Assembly: GCF_023055435.1 (NCBI RefSeq) | Contig: NW_025963813.1 | Coordinates: forward strand, 26,970,001-27,034,000 | From: Haliotis rufescens | Taxonomy: Eukaryota | Direction of reading: 5' to 3' | Length of the DNA stretch: 64,000 nucleotides | Part shown: positions 12,045 through 24,653 of the stretch, in pieces | Numbering within the stretch: position 1 is the first letter of the stretch | Layout of the letters: each line of letters begins with the position of its first letter | Translations under genes and position numbers: made by a program | Notes under the pieces: generated by a model | What the model saw: the letters and a program-made list of their open reading frames with translations, nothing else | Database searches by the model: none | What the model was told of the DNA's origin: nothing

Positions 12045-14697
12045 TGCCGAAGGACAAAGGTCGGCACTCCCACACTTTTACATAGACTTACGACAGTCGT
12101 AGGACTAAGGTCGGCACTCCCACACTTTAACATAGACTTACGACTGTCGTAGGACTAAGGTCGGCACTCCCATACTTTAATATAGACTTACGACAGTCGT
12201 AAGACTAAGGTCGGCACTCCCATACTTCAACATAGACTTACGACAGTCGTAAGACTAAGGTCGGCACTCCCATACTTTAACATAGACTTACGACAATCGT
12301 AGGACTAAGGTCGGCGCTCCCATACTTTAACACAGACTTGCGACAGTCGTGGGACTAAGGTCGGCACTCCCATACTTCAATATAGACTTGCAACAGTCGT
12401 AGGACTAAGGTTGGCACTCCCATACTTCAACATAGACTTACTAGTCGAAGGACTAAGATAGTAACTCCCATACTTTAACATAGACGTACGATAGTTGAAG
12501 CAGTAAGGTCGTAACTCCCATACTTTAACATAGACGTACGATAGTTGAAGCAGTAAGGTCGTAACTCCCATACTTTAACATAAACGTACAACAGTTGAAG
12601 CACTAAGGTCGTAACTCCCATACTTTAACATAGACGTACGACAGCTGAAGCACTAAAGGAGTAACTCCCATACTTTAACATAGACGTACGATAGTTGAAG
12701 CAGTAAGGTCGTAACTCCCATACTTTAACATAGACGTACGACAGTTGAAGCACTAAAGGCGTAACTCCCATACTTTAACATAGACGTACAACAGTTGAAG
12801 CACTAAAGGCGTAACTCACATACTTTAACATGGACTTACGACAGTTGAATCACTAAAGGCGTACCTCCCATACTTTAACATAGACGTACGACAGTTGAAG
12901 CACTAAAGGCGTAACTCCCATACTTTAACATAGACGTACAACAGTTGAAGCACTAAAGGCGTAACTCCTACACTTTAACATAGACGTACGCCAGTTGAAG
13001 CACTAAAGGCGTAACTCACATACTTTAACATAGACGTACGACAGTTGAAGCACTAAAGGCGTAACTCCCATATTTTAACATAGACGTACAACAGTTGAAG
13101 CACTAAAGGCGTAACTCACATACTTTAACATAGACTTACGACAGTTGAAGCACTAAAGGCGTAACTCACATACTTTAACATAGACGTACGGCAGTTGAAG
13201 CACTAAAGGAGTAACTCCCATATTTTAACATAGACGTACGACAGTTGAAGCACTAAAGGCGTAACTCACATACTTTAACATAGACTTACGACAGTTGAAG
13301 CACTAAAGGCGTAACTCACATACTTTAACATAGACGTACGACAGTTGAAGCACTAAAGGCGTAACTCACATACTTTAACATAGACGTACGACAGTTGAAG
13401 CACTAAAGGCGTAACTCACATACTTTAACATAGACTTACGACAGTTGAAGCACTAAAGGCGTAACTCACATACTTTAACATGGACTTACGACAGTTGAAG
13501 CACTAAAGGCGAAACTCACATACTTTAACATAGACTTACGACAGTTGAAGCACTAAAGGCGTAACTCACATACTTTAACATGGACTTACGACAGTTGAAT
13601 CACTAAAGGCGTAACTCACATACTTTAACATAGACTTACGACAGTTGAAGCACTAAAGGCGTAACTCACATACTTTAACATAGACTTACGACAGTTGAAG
13701 CACTAAAGGCGAAACTCACATACTTTAACATAGACTTACGACAGTTGAAGCACTAAAGGCGTAACTCACATACTTTAACATAGACTTACGACAGTTGAAG
13801 CACTAAAGGCGTAACTCACATACTTTAACATAGACTTACGACAGTTGAAGCACTAAAGGCGTAACTCCCATACTTTAACATAGACTTACGACAGTTGAAG
13901 CACTAAAGGCGTAACTCCCATACTTTAACATAGACTTACGACAGTTGAAGCACTAAAGGCGTAACTCACATACTTTAACATAGACTTACGACAGTTGAAT
14001 CACTAAAGGCGTACCTCCCATACTTTAACATAGACGTACGACAGTTGAAGCACTAAAGGCGAAACTCACATACTTTAACATGGACTTACGACAGTTGAAG
14101 CACTAAAGGCGTAACTCACATACTTTAACATAGACTTACGACAGTTGAAGCACTAAAGGCGTAACTCACATACTTTAACATGGACTTACGACAGTTGAAG
14201 CACTAAAGGCGTAACTCACATACTTTAACATAGACTTACGACAGTTGAAGCACTAAAGGCGTAACTCACATACTTTAACATAGACTTACGACAGTTGAAG
14301 CACTAAAGGCGTAACTCACATACTTTAACATAGACGTACGACAGTTGAAGCACTAAAGGCGTAACTCACATACTTTAACATGGACTTACGACAGTTGAAG
14401 CACTAAAGGCGTAACTCACATACTTTAACATAGACGTACGACAGTTGAAGCACTAAAGGCGTAACTCACATACTTTAACATAGACTTACGACAGTTGAAG
14501 CACTAAAGGCGTAACTCACATACTTTAACATAGACGTACGACAGTTGAAGCACTAAAGGCGTAACTCCCATACTTTAACATAGACGTACGACAGTTGAAG
14601 CACTAAAGGCGTAACTCACATACTTTAACATGGACTTACGACAGTTGAAGGACTAAAGGCGTAACTCACATACTTTAACAAAGACGTACTACAGCTG
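12045..14697. repeat. Minisatellite, 50-bp unit GTAACTCACATACTTTAACATAGACTTACGACAGTTGAAGCACTAAAGGC, about 53 copies
   Basis: Exact 50-bp periodicity with a left-to-right variant gradient. Confidence 0.98.
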
Positions 14698-14709
14698 AAG
14701 GCACGTGCA

Positions 14710-15078
14710 CGTTGTCCTGTGCACAGCGCACAGGTCACAAATCTGTGACGCACTGTTAAGCAACGTTGGTTACGGAGAGTAGTTGGATGGGTGACCGCGT
14801 TCAACGTTCTAGGGCTTCGGTGGTTGTGTCACCGTAGTCAGGTGACTTTGTTTGAAATATGCCTCTGTTCACCCAGCAGTGGATGGGTACCAGGTAGGAT
14901 GAGATCATCATGTGACTGTTAACCTTCTTGCACCTCATAGGGTATTTTGGGTCGTATACTCCACAGGGAGCCGAGAACGAAAATCCAGTGCACAATGATT
15001 TATTGACCGGGATAAGAATGTAACGCCATGGGCGTGGAGGTGTCGCATTACATCATCATCATCATCATCATCATCATC
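14710..15078 (+). mobile_element. 5S rRNA-derived SINE (SINE3) with Deu/Nin-like central domain
   Basis: GTTAAGCAACGTTGG...GTAGTTGGATGGGTGACCGC matches the 5S internal control region. Followed by GCCTCTGTTCACCCAGCAGTGGATGGGTACC and a (CAT)n tail. Confidence 0.8.
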
Positions 15079-15348
15079 CATTCATTTTGTAACGTAACAT
15101 TGCATGCACTCTTTGTTTCAAGTACTATACGCTTTTCACACCCCCGACAAGACAACACAGCTAATATCACTGATGTCATTACAGCAATCTAGACCTCATA
15201 CATTATATATGTTTCCACCTGTCATTACCTGTGTTTCTTCAACAGATTACGACTAATGCGTTAATGTTTCATTATCACTGTAATGCAAAGCTGAAATAAT
15301 ATATAACCACGTTTGCATATTCATCTAAATATTTCATGACAGTATTGT

Positions 15349-15616
15349 TACCCGTGAAGATAAGGGGTAGAATAGGTCTTCAGCAACCCATGCTTGCCGT
15401 AAAAGGCGACTATGCTTGTCGTAAGAGGCGACTAACGGGATCGTGTGGTCAGGCTCGCTGACTTGGTTGATGCATGTCATCGTATCCCAATTGCGTGGAT
15501 CGGTTCTCATGATGTCCATCACTGGATTGTCTGGTCCAGACTCGATTATTTACAGACCGCCGTCATATAGCTGGAATATTGCTGAGAGCGGCGTTAAACA
15601 ACAAACAAACAAACAA
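15349..15616 (+). mobile_element. Retroposon family B, full length, 13-bp TSD
   Basis: TSD ATGACAGTATTGT at 15336-15348 and 15617-15629; (AAAC)n tail. Confidence 0.93.
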
Positions 15617-15677
15617 ATGACAGTATTGTGTGTCGTGCATACGCTTGTGACTGGTACTTGATTGCATGTATGCTCAC

Positions 15678-15848
15678 GGTTGCCGTTGTGGTGCGTGGCA
15701 TGGTGTCGCCTATACCCTTTGTCATAAGGGATAATGAATGATGTGGGTTTAACCCGCTTTGAATTTTAGATGACGAGTTTCTTTTCGAGGTAAAGGTGTC
15801 CACTGACTTTGTTTCATCGCCAATACTTAGAGTCCCCAAATTCTTCCT
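15678..15848 (-). pseudogene. Exon-like segment with decayed cadherin-repeat similarity
   Basis: TCTTTCTGTTTATAG acceptor and GTGAGC donor. Reads DSKYWR*NKVSGHLYLEKKL, then after a frameshift HSLSLMTKGIGDTMPRTTTAT. Confidence 0.4.
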
Positions 15849-15989
15849 CTATAAACAGAAAGACATTTAAAGTAACATCGTCAATACTTCATGGGCTTGT
15901 GAAAACAACATTCCTCCACATACAAAAAGAGTTAGGTTCCAAAGTTGTCCACAGTACCACACCATAGCACCGGGCTCATCACTGACTGT

Positions 15990-16230
15990 GAGGAGCGGTG
16001 AAATGGGCTTCTGTCCAGAGAGCGGAAGGTCGGGTGTTCGATTCCCGGCCCTATCATACTTAAAGACGTTAAAAAGATAGTATTGTTGCTAACCTACCCG
16101 GCGCTCGGCATTAAGGGGATAAAACCAGGACTGGTCGGTTCGGAATCAGTATACTGTGTTTGAGCGGAGTATTCGCTAAATGAGTGCAATAATCTAAAAC
16201 CCGACGTTAAATCGCATTTCACCTGACATC
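15990..16230 (+). mobile_element. SINE family A, diverged
   Basis: B box GTTCGATTCCC plus family A body. Confidence 0.8.
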
Positions 16231-16742
16231 TAAATATTGCGCTCCTCCACCGATATGTGTTTTGCCCGCATTATTACAACATATGTGACAAGGCCGCCTC
16301 TGAGGACTGCTTTACCACGGTGTAGCAAGAGTGTATTATGTTTATAGGGTCATAATACATTCATTTCACATTAACTAACAGCATGATTTCCCTATAGAGT
16401 TTGATAATGTTATATTGATGAAATTGATATGTTAAGCTCTCACAATTCCCCAAATTTCACGTCACCAGGGCTCACAATCACGTTTTTACGGATTTTATTT
16501 CAAGGTAATTATAAGATTTCTTTGTAAGTGATTAATGAACACATGATTACGAAATAGACGCAATCAGACAATGGACTCATGATGAAAGGGTTTTGTTGCT
16601 TTTAATTTAATGAAACACGTCAGTTTCACAAAATATTTTATTTAAATTATATATCGCTCAAGAGACGTTAATTTCAAAACATGTATCAAATTTGAAATAA
16701 ATGCACGCCTCCTTACATTGTTAAGTGCAATAGTTGTAAAGT

Positions 16743-17016
16743 GAGTGAGTGAGTTGGGTTTAACGCCTCTTTTAACACAGTATTCCCGCTATATCACGGC
16801 GTGTCAGCTTAATGTGGGAAGAAAGCCCGAAGTGATGCAGGTCTCAGACGTTTACCACTTCGGTGAAACCCACGAGTATGGTGCTGACAAACCAAGAAAC
16901 ATAATCGGGGCGAACAGGGATTCGAACCCACAATCATAGGTTTGTGGCGTGCCCAAGGGACGCAACTATGCACAGCGAATCGCGGCGCCTTAGGCGACTG
17001 GGCCATCCGTGCCCCC
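16743..17016 (-). mobile_element. SINE family D, full length, 11-bp TSD
   Basis: Reverse-complement match to 2665-2954; TSD AGTTGTAAAGT on both sides. Confidence 0.9.
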
Positions 17017-17309
17017 AGTTGTAAAGTACTTATTGATTGGACACAATCATTTATGGTCTGAAAGTTTAGCTGGCACATTACCCAACAGGAAAAAAATTAT
17101 TTTTGATTTTGTTTTATATGTCCAATTAGATAATATAAACATATTTTATCAGCTTAATGAACAAAGGTTTCACACATATGGGCTCTCTCCCTATTTACAG
17201 TATTACATATCGTTTAAGTACATCGTCTATGTATAACATATAATTTCCATGCATAAATGCATAAAAACATACGTTTACATACAAGCATCATGACAATTAC
17301 TGTTGAATT

Positions 17310-17378
17310 ACTGGTGTCCCCTGCCGTGATACTGCTGGAATATTGCTAAAAGCGGCGTAAAACCATACTCACTCACTT
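17310..17378 (+). mobile_element. SINE family C, 3' fragment
   Basis: CTGGTGTCCCC...GCTAAAAGCGGCGTAAAACCATACTCACTCAC. Confidence 0.8.
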
Positions 17379-17627
17379 ACAACTTATGGTGAAAATGTAG
17401 TATGTGCGAGTCAAAAGAACGTATACACTTAAAAATAGGAATTGGTCAAAATATTACAAACGTCATCGAAACGTTACTTGGCTGAAAACAGTCGCCGAAA
17501 CACTGCAAACTTAAGGTCCAAAACACAGCTGTGATCCCCGTATCAAACACATCGATCACCATTGAATAACCATTTTATTGTAGCCACTATCAAACTGGAT
17601 GCATGTCAGGCAGTGTACATACAGGTC

Positions 17628-18583
17628 TTACCAGTCACCGCTAACAAGTCACTGCTAACCAGTCACCGCTAACCAGTCACTGCTAACCAGTCACTACTAA
17701 CCAGTCACTGCTAACCAGTCACTGCTAACCAGTCACTGCTAACCAGTCACTACTAACCAGTCACTACTAACCAGTCACTACTAACCAGTCACTACTAACC
17801 AGTCACTGCTAACCAGTCACTTCTAACCAGACACTGCTAACAAGTCACTACTAACCAGTCACTACTAACCAGTCACTACTAACCAGTCACTGCTAACCAG
17901 TCACTGCTAACCAGTCACTACTAACCAGTCACTGCTAACCAGTCACTACTAACCAGACACTGCTAACCAGTCACAACTAACCAGTCACTACTAACCAGTC
18001 ACTGCTAACCAGTCACTGCTAACCAGTCACTGCTAACCAGTCACTGCTAACCAGTCATTGCTAACCAGTAACTGCTAACCAGTCACTGCTAACCAGTCAC
18101 TACTAACCAGTCACTACTAACCAGTTACTGCTAACCAGTCACTACTAACCAGTCACTGTTAACCAGTAACTGCTAACCAGTCACTGCTAACCAGTCACTA
18201 CTAACCAGTCACTACTAACCAGTCACTGCTAACCAGTCACTACTAACCAGTCACTACTAACCAGTCATTGCTAACCAGTCACTACTAACCAGTCACTACT
18301 AACCAGTCACTGCTAACCAGTCACTACTAACCAGTCACTGCTAACCAGTCACTACTAACCAGTCACTACTAACGAGTCACTGCTAACCAGTCACTACTAA
18401 CCAGTCACTACTAACCAGTCACTACTAACCAGTCACTGCTAACCAGTCACTTCTAACCAGACACTGCTAACAAGTCACTACTAACCAGTCACTACTAACC
18501 AGTCACTACTAACCAGTCACTGCTAACCAGTCACTGCTAACCAGTCACTACTAACCAGTCACTGCTAACCAGTCACTACTAAC
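17628..18583. repeat. Minisatellite, 14-bp unit AACCAGTCACTRCT, about 68 copies
   Basis: Direct tandem periodicity. Confidence 0.98.
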
Positions 18584-18584
18584 T

Positions 18585-18760
18585 CTCTGTCTGGCGCTCG
18601 GCATTAACGTAAGGACTGGTCGGCTCGGAGTCAGTATAATGTGTCTGTGTAAGGTATCCAACTGTAGCAAGATACTGCAATGGACCAGTTCTATGAAGTC
18701 TGGACCAGTACAACCAGCAATAATCTCGACGTTAAACCTCAGTTCACTTCACCTGACCTA
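18585..18760 (+). mobile_element. SINE family A, 5'-truncated
   Basis: CTGGCGCTCGGCATTAA...GGACTGGTCGGCTCGGAGTCAGTAT body and tail. Confidence 0.8.
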
Positions 18761-19469
18761 TTATGGATTTATGTTAATATTTTCTAGTTCGCGTTTACGG
18801 CAAAACGTTATATATTAATATCTAACCAGACGCTGTGGTTAATAATGTGTTCTTATTTCGAGAACCAACATGCATACTGCCGACCCACACGCAACATTTA
18901 CGACATAAACTGCTCCGTTTCTTGGAACTGCAGCTGAAATGAGCGCATATGTTGATGTTTGTGGGGATTACTGAACGTCGATTGAAGAACACGCATAATT
19001 TTATTGGCATATCGCTTTGGAAACAAATATTTAACTCGATTCTAGAAAGCACCTAATGAAGAACCCATATGGATCTATTTGCTATGGTCTTAAACCATGG
19101 ATATTACCGTCGATTTGTTCGCATTTAGAGAACAGTTTTTGTGATTTCCATCGCCCGAACGACCATACTTTAAGTTAGCATGCCCGTCGACTCGAAGTAA
19201 CTAATAACGCTAACAACATAGAGTGATTGACGTTATGACATGAGTTATTTCCCTTTGAAGTAACGGGTAAGGGAATACTATTAACATCTGACCGACCGTC
19301 GCCACCAATTTGTTGAGACACAAAAAGGGTGTGGATGACACACGTGGAACACGCTGACGTCTGTCATTCTGCGAATAGTTGCTCAGCCTTCCAGTAAGTA
19401 GATTGTGTTCCAGATTCTATAATATAATGGTCGCTGTGGCTTAGTTGGAAAATTATGCGGCATAAAACA

Positions 19470-19493
19470 CTCTCTCTCTCTCTCTCTCTCTCT

Positions 19494-19543
<50 letters not shown>

Positions 19544-19716
19544 AGCATATCTCTCCTTGCACTCTCATATTCTCTCTCTCTCAGTAAGCATATCTCTCCT
19601 TGTACTCTCATATTCTCTCTCTCTCTCTCTCTCAGTAAGCACATCTCTCCTTGTACTCTCATATTCTCACCCTCCCTCTTTCTCCCCTCTCTCTCAGTAA
19701 ACATACCTCTCCCTGC

Positions 19717-19751
<35 letters not shown>

Positions 19752-20030
19752 AAGCATATCTCTCCTTGTACTCTCATATTCTCACCCTCCCTCTTTCTCC
19801 CCTCTCTCTCAGTAAACATACCTCTCCCTGCTCACTCTCTCTTCCTCTCGCTCAGTAAGAATATCTCTCCTTGCACTTTCATATTCTCCCCCCCCCCCCC
19901 CTCCCCTCTGCTATTCACTCAGTAAGCATATCTCTCCTTGCACGCTCAGATTCTCTCCCCTCCCCCCCCCCCCCCCCCCTCTGCTATTCACTCAGTAAGC
20001 ATATCTCTCCTTGCACTCTCAGATTCAACT
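19470..20030. repeat. (CT)n microsatellite with interspersed duplicated CAGTAAGCATATCTCTCCTTG units and poly-C
   Basis: Visible pyrimidine-rich composite repeat. Confidence 0.95.
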
Positions 20031-20583
20031 AGTTTCTAGTCTTCATATTCCCAGTAAACACAATGACATTCACGCTTCTTAATTTTCGAAAGACAACTTG
20101 AAAATGTTTCGACATTAACGTTGGTTAGAGTTTCAGCCCTGACATATGACTTTAATCTGTGAGTATAATACGTTGACCAGTTGAGCTAATCAGCACGGAA
20201 TGCACACAAAGGATGCAATCCCGGCAAGGGAGAGTTGGTTTTAGTAATCTGTACCCCACTCCAGCTTTGCATTACGTGCTTTCTATAGGCGACTTGTGTG
20301 CCTGCTTTTAATCAGAATTGTCAGTGGAATATGTTGAATATACGAATACTAAGGGTTGCACGATGTGAACAGGGGGCTATGGTTATGCTTGTCGTGGAAC
20401 AGTTCTCTGACGATAGCCTGTGGGTGGATTTATTGCCCAGCTTCTAAAGCAATATGTGGCATTGCGAAAGATCATACTGTACATCAACGTTTTATATACT
20501 AGTCTCTCGTGTTAGCCCACGCGATCAGCCTTTGGTTTTAACTGACGCACCTTTATGACTGGGAATCTGTGGTCGGAATGTGA

Positions 20584-20710
20584 GGGGGCACAGGTGCCCA
20601 GACGTCTAAGGCCGCGATTCGCTGTGCAGAGATGCGTCCCTTGGGCACGCCAGAAACCTATGATTGTGGGTTCGAAAAGAGGCGTTAAATCCAACTCACT
20701 CACTCACTCA
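20584..20710 (+). mobile_element. SINE family D, head joined directly to tail
   Basis: Family D head up to GGTTCGAA, then AAGAGGCGTTAAATCCAACTCACTCACT. Confidence 0.85.
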
Positions 20711-20842
20711 AGGTGATAACCGATTTGATTAGACTCAGATTAAATGCAATCATATATTCACGATATAAACGGGAAAGCTGCTAGAATGGCATGCTTCCGC
20801 TGTGAGTTCCGGTGATGCTTTAAATGTAAAAATGTAAAATGC

Positions 20843-21101
20843 TTTATTTGTTGTTTTACACCGCACTCAGCAATATTCCAGCTATATGACGGCGGTCTGT
20901 AAAAAATCGAGTCTGGACCAGACAATCCCGTGATTGACATCATGAACTTCGACCCATGCAATTGGGATCGACGACATGCATCAACCTAGTCAGCGAGCCT
21001 GACCACCCGATCCCGTTAGTCGCCTTTACGACAGGCATAGTCGTCTTTTACTGCAAGTATGGGTTGCTGAAGACCTGTTCTACCCCGGGTCTTCACAGGT
21101 C
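20843..21101 (-). mobile_element. Retroposon family B, full length
   Basis: Reverse-complement match including the 5' head. Confidence 0.92.
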
Positions 21102-21747
21102 TCGCATATCAGGAAAAGCGGAGAAGACAAGGGGGTAAAACATTTGCTTGAAACGTCCGGGTCGATTTCCAAAACATATTATATGTATATTTTCACGTAT
21201 TCCTAGTTTACCTAAGCAAAGCAGGCTCGCTTAATCAATCAACTAGAACATCACTCATGACATTCAGTATCACTCATAAAGCCTCTGTAATTAAAACATA
21301 CATTAAAAGTCACTGCGGCCTTCTGAAATTATAGAAAGAACAATCTGAGAGGGAGTTAAATCAGTATCATAATGGACACTGAAAACAACTTTCTTTGAAT
21401 CAGAAATAGATAATGAGTGTGACAATTGGCGGCCATCTTGAATTTTGCAGCCATCTTGGAAGTCCAGGTGGCTTGCGTTTTATCTTTCAGTATGTATACC
21501 AATAAGAATTACTGATGTCATTTTTCATGCTTGAACAAGTTTTCACCATTTGAACAATACTTCTATATTTTTACCTTCATATTCACAAATACATTGTGTT
21601 GACCGTCCCCAACAATAACTGCCCAGATTAACAGAATCCGCACGAACGAAGTGTCGCTGTACTGAAAATAACTATTCGCATTCAGAAAGTTATATCTGAT
21701 ATCTACCTAAACAACCCCTTTATTCTCTACTGTGCCTAATGCGACGT

Positions 21748-21920
21748 GTGGATCCGGGTTAGACTTGCTCTCTGGCAGCCTGTGAGGGTCGTAAGAGGCG
21801 AGCCTGGGTTGGGTGGTCATGCTCGGTCACCATGATTCCCGTGTCAAATACATCACCATCGAAAAACCATTTCTTGTTTAATTTTGAGCCACCATGAAAC
21901 ATGGCTGTATACGCTCATAA
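21748..21920 (+). mobile_element. Old divergent relative of family B
   Basis: GGATCCGGGTTAGA...GGTCGTAAGAGGCGA...GGGTGGTCATGCTCG. Confidence 0.6.
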
Positions 21921-22598
21921 CAGTTGGCGTTACCACGGTGCTATTGACGAAACCTCGCTATTTTCAAAGACCACGGAGGCACAGTCTGGCATCAGTAATG
22001 TAACAACGTCATCTTTTGCACTTTCATTATCTAGCTCGGGGTAATGGCTACTACGACGGCTTTGGTGTTGGATGAGGAAAAACAGTACAAAAAACAAACG
22101 GAAATAAAAGCTAAAAAAATTAAGCTCCGAACACAGTCCACTTCGCGTGCTGTCAAGTACTATATAATTTCTATCGCTTTTTGACTCCAAACCGACAGTC
22201 ACCCCGGCAGTATTCATATAAAGCCATGCCCATTCGTCTCAAACAATGGCTGGGAAATGGGGTTTGCTATAAATCATAACGACTTAACGCGTGTCGAAAA
22301 TACTCTACTTGTTCATCAATACTGCCTTTGTGACGTGGTCGCAAGGGGCATTTCACACACACGGTGCGCCAACTCTTGTGTACACACCAAACATATGCAG
22401 CTTGCCAGTAGGTTCCTCAGCCACATTACCTGATCATTTCAATCAATCTGGATCATATCAGCGTTGGGTTTATTTGCAAACTGACGCCGATGTAAGTCAG
22501 TGAGATGAGAACAAGAGCCGTGTTAATAGTGTCGTGGTGAGAGTTCTGCCCGGCAATGGAAACTCGCTTTTCGCCTGACCATGAGGCTAGGCCGAGTC

Positions 22599-23090
22599 GT
22601 TGTTTGTTTGTTTGTTTGTTGTTTAACGCCGCACTCAGCAATATTCCAGCTATATGCTGGCGGGATGAAAATACTCAATCTGGACCAGACAAAACAGTGA
22701 CTGATATTATTAGGCAGGGACCCATTCTGTCGGAGTATCAAGTCACCAAGTCTGACAAGATTTGTTTGTTTGTTTGTTTGTTTGTTGTTTAACGCCGCAC
22801 TCAGCAATATTCCAGCTATATGACGATGGTCCGTAAATAATCGAGTCTGAACCAGAACCAGTGATTGATATAATACGCATCGATCTACGCAATTGGGATT
22901 ACGATTACGATGACATGCATCAACCAAGTCAGCGAGCCTGACCACCCGATCCCGTTAGTCGCCTCTTAGGACAAGCGTGGGTTGCTGAAGATCTATTCAA
23001 ACCCGGATCTTCACGTGTCCTGACATCTAGAGTGCTCAAGACGCTCGTACGACATGCATAGGTCTCTAGGGGCCTACTCTTACACAACGT
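22599..23090 (-). mobile_element. Nested family B: young full-length copy (22760-23018) inside an older relative
   Basis: Two tails (22599 and 22760); the older body resumes after 23018 with a degenerate head; CTGACA on both sides of the young copy. Confidence 0.8.
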
Positions 23091-23733
23091 AAACCATGAA
23101 AACTAGGTAACAAAGTCTTTCATCTTTTATCTTTCATTTAATTTGTGTATTAAAAAATATTGAAAACAGCAAAAACGTCATATCCATACAAACATACAAA
23201 TGAATCCTCAGCAATATTGTCAAAACATTTGACCAAACTTCAAAATCATTTGTAAAAAGAACAGACATTTAACAAACGTCCTCGTTTTACTTGAAGCAAC
23301 GAATGTTGACCAGTCACGATATGCAATGACTATTCCAGAGATTGAAAGGATGCGGGTAATCCCCATCGAGGCAAGTTGATCATAGTGGAGCCCACCGAAC
23401 GCCAGTAATAAGAGATGACCCTCAAAGACAGACATCAGTATGTATGAGACGGTGACACAATGATGCTTTGAGTGAGTCATTGTTACGGTGGTGAACTAGA
23501 ATTGAGTTTCATCAAACACCACAATTGACCTATACGTAGCAGCAGACTAGATGACTTCTTGGAGAATTTATGGCGTTAGGCACCAACCATTTAATAACCT
23601 GGGGTGGCCAGGCTGGGATTTTGCTGGAATGCCTGAAATTAGCTATATCTACCTGTGGAATGTCTGACATTAGCAATATGAATATGTTCTTGGCAGTCTT
23701 CTGATGAAACCTATTATAAACTAATGAAGATAA

Positions 23734-24132
23734 TAGGTCTGGGACAAGTCCAAATTTACAACCCGGGTACCCACCCCACTATTACCCGACCCTACCCGGG
23801 TACCCACTGTAGGTCTCAAGAGATAAGTACACATGTCCGATTGGGAATAGTTTGACCGTAGCCGTGGCAAAATGTATTTAGATACTTATATAAAACGATC
23901 TGGTCATGCATACACTGAAGTTGACTGAAGTTTCATCTTTATTCAAACATATAAAAGTCAGAAAGAAATGCGAATATTTGTCACTATAGTGTAACCGTGG
24001 AAGTTCTACATACCTTTTGCCATTAAACAATATATCACGTGACTAACCACGGGTCCGGGTAGTCCTGTAGGTATCCGGGTCCTACTCAGGACCCACCTGA
24101 CCTGAGAACCCGAGTTTCCCGTCCCAGCCCTA
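23734..24132. mobile_element. hAT-type MITE with 8-bp TSD
   Basis: TIR TAGGTCTGGGAC / GTCCCAGCCCTA; TSD GAAGATAA at 23726-23733 and 24133-24140; subterminal ACCCG repeats. Confidence 0.88.
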
Positions 24133-24653
24133 GAAGATAATATCCGAATTCTGCAATCAGCTGAGTTGACAATGTAATGCATAATTATGACTCTGCTTTG
24201 AACAACCTTTCAGTTATATCTTAGCTCATTGCGGGACAAAAAAAACTCACTGTACAGGGTCGTGTAGACTAACATCTAGTCTCTGAAATGAACATATTTT
24301 ACAGAAAAAAACAGTTGTTAAATTATAGTTTTAAAATATAATAAAAAGGAGCCCAGAGACTTTCTTCATTATCAGATGAAACTGCAGTAATCTAGACTTG
24401 CCAAACATTATAGACTTGCATGGGCTATATTGTATATATTTGTTTCAGGGTCTGTATGGCAGACTAAGGGTCGTGTCACTTTTGTGAAACCACCACAAGG
24501 TCGGACTGGTGTTGACTTCAGCTATCTCCATTTTACTCTGATGAAATGCAATATATCACATTACCTTTAGAAAAGAGGAAAATAAATATAGTTTTCTATC
24601 ATTTCTAACACAAGATTTCTAACAACAGATTCTTGCAGTTAAGGTACGCAAAC

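Noticed and set aside
14750-14800. Functional 5S rRNA gene
   Set aside because: Only the internal control region is retained and it is fused to a SINE body.
15351-15440. Canonical twister, hammerhead, pistol or HDV assignment for the family B head
   Set aside because: GUCGUAAG resembles twister L4 and CUAA resembles HDV J4/2, but the required partner strands and helix order are missing, and there is no CUGANGA/GAAA core.
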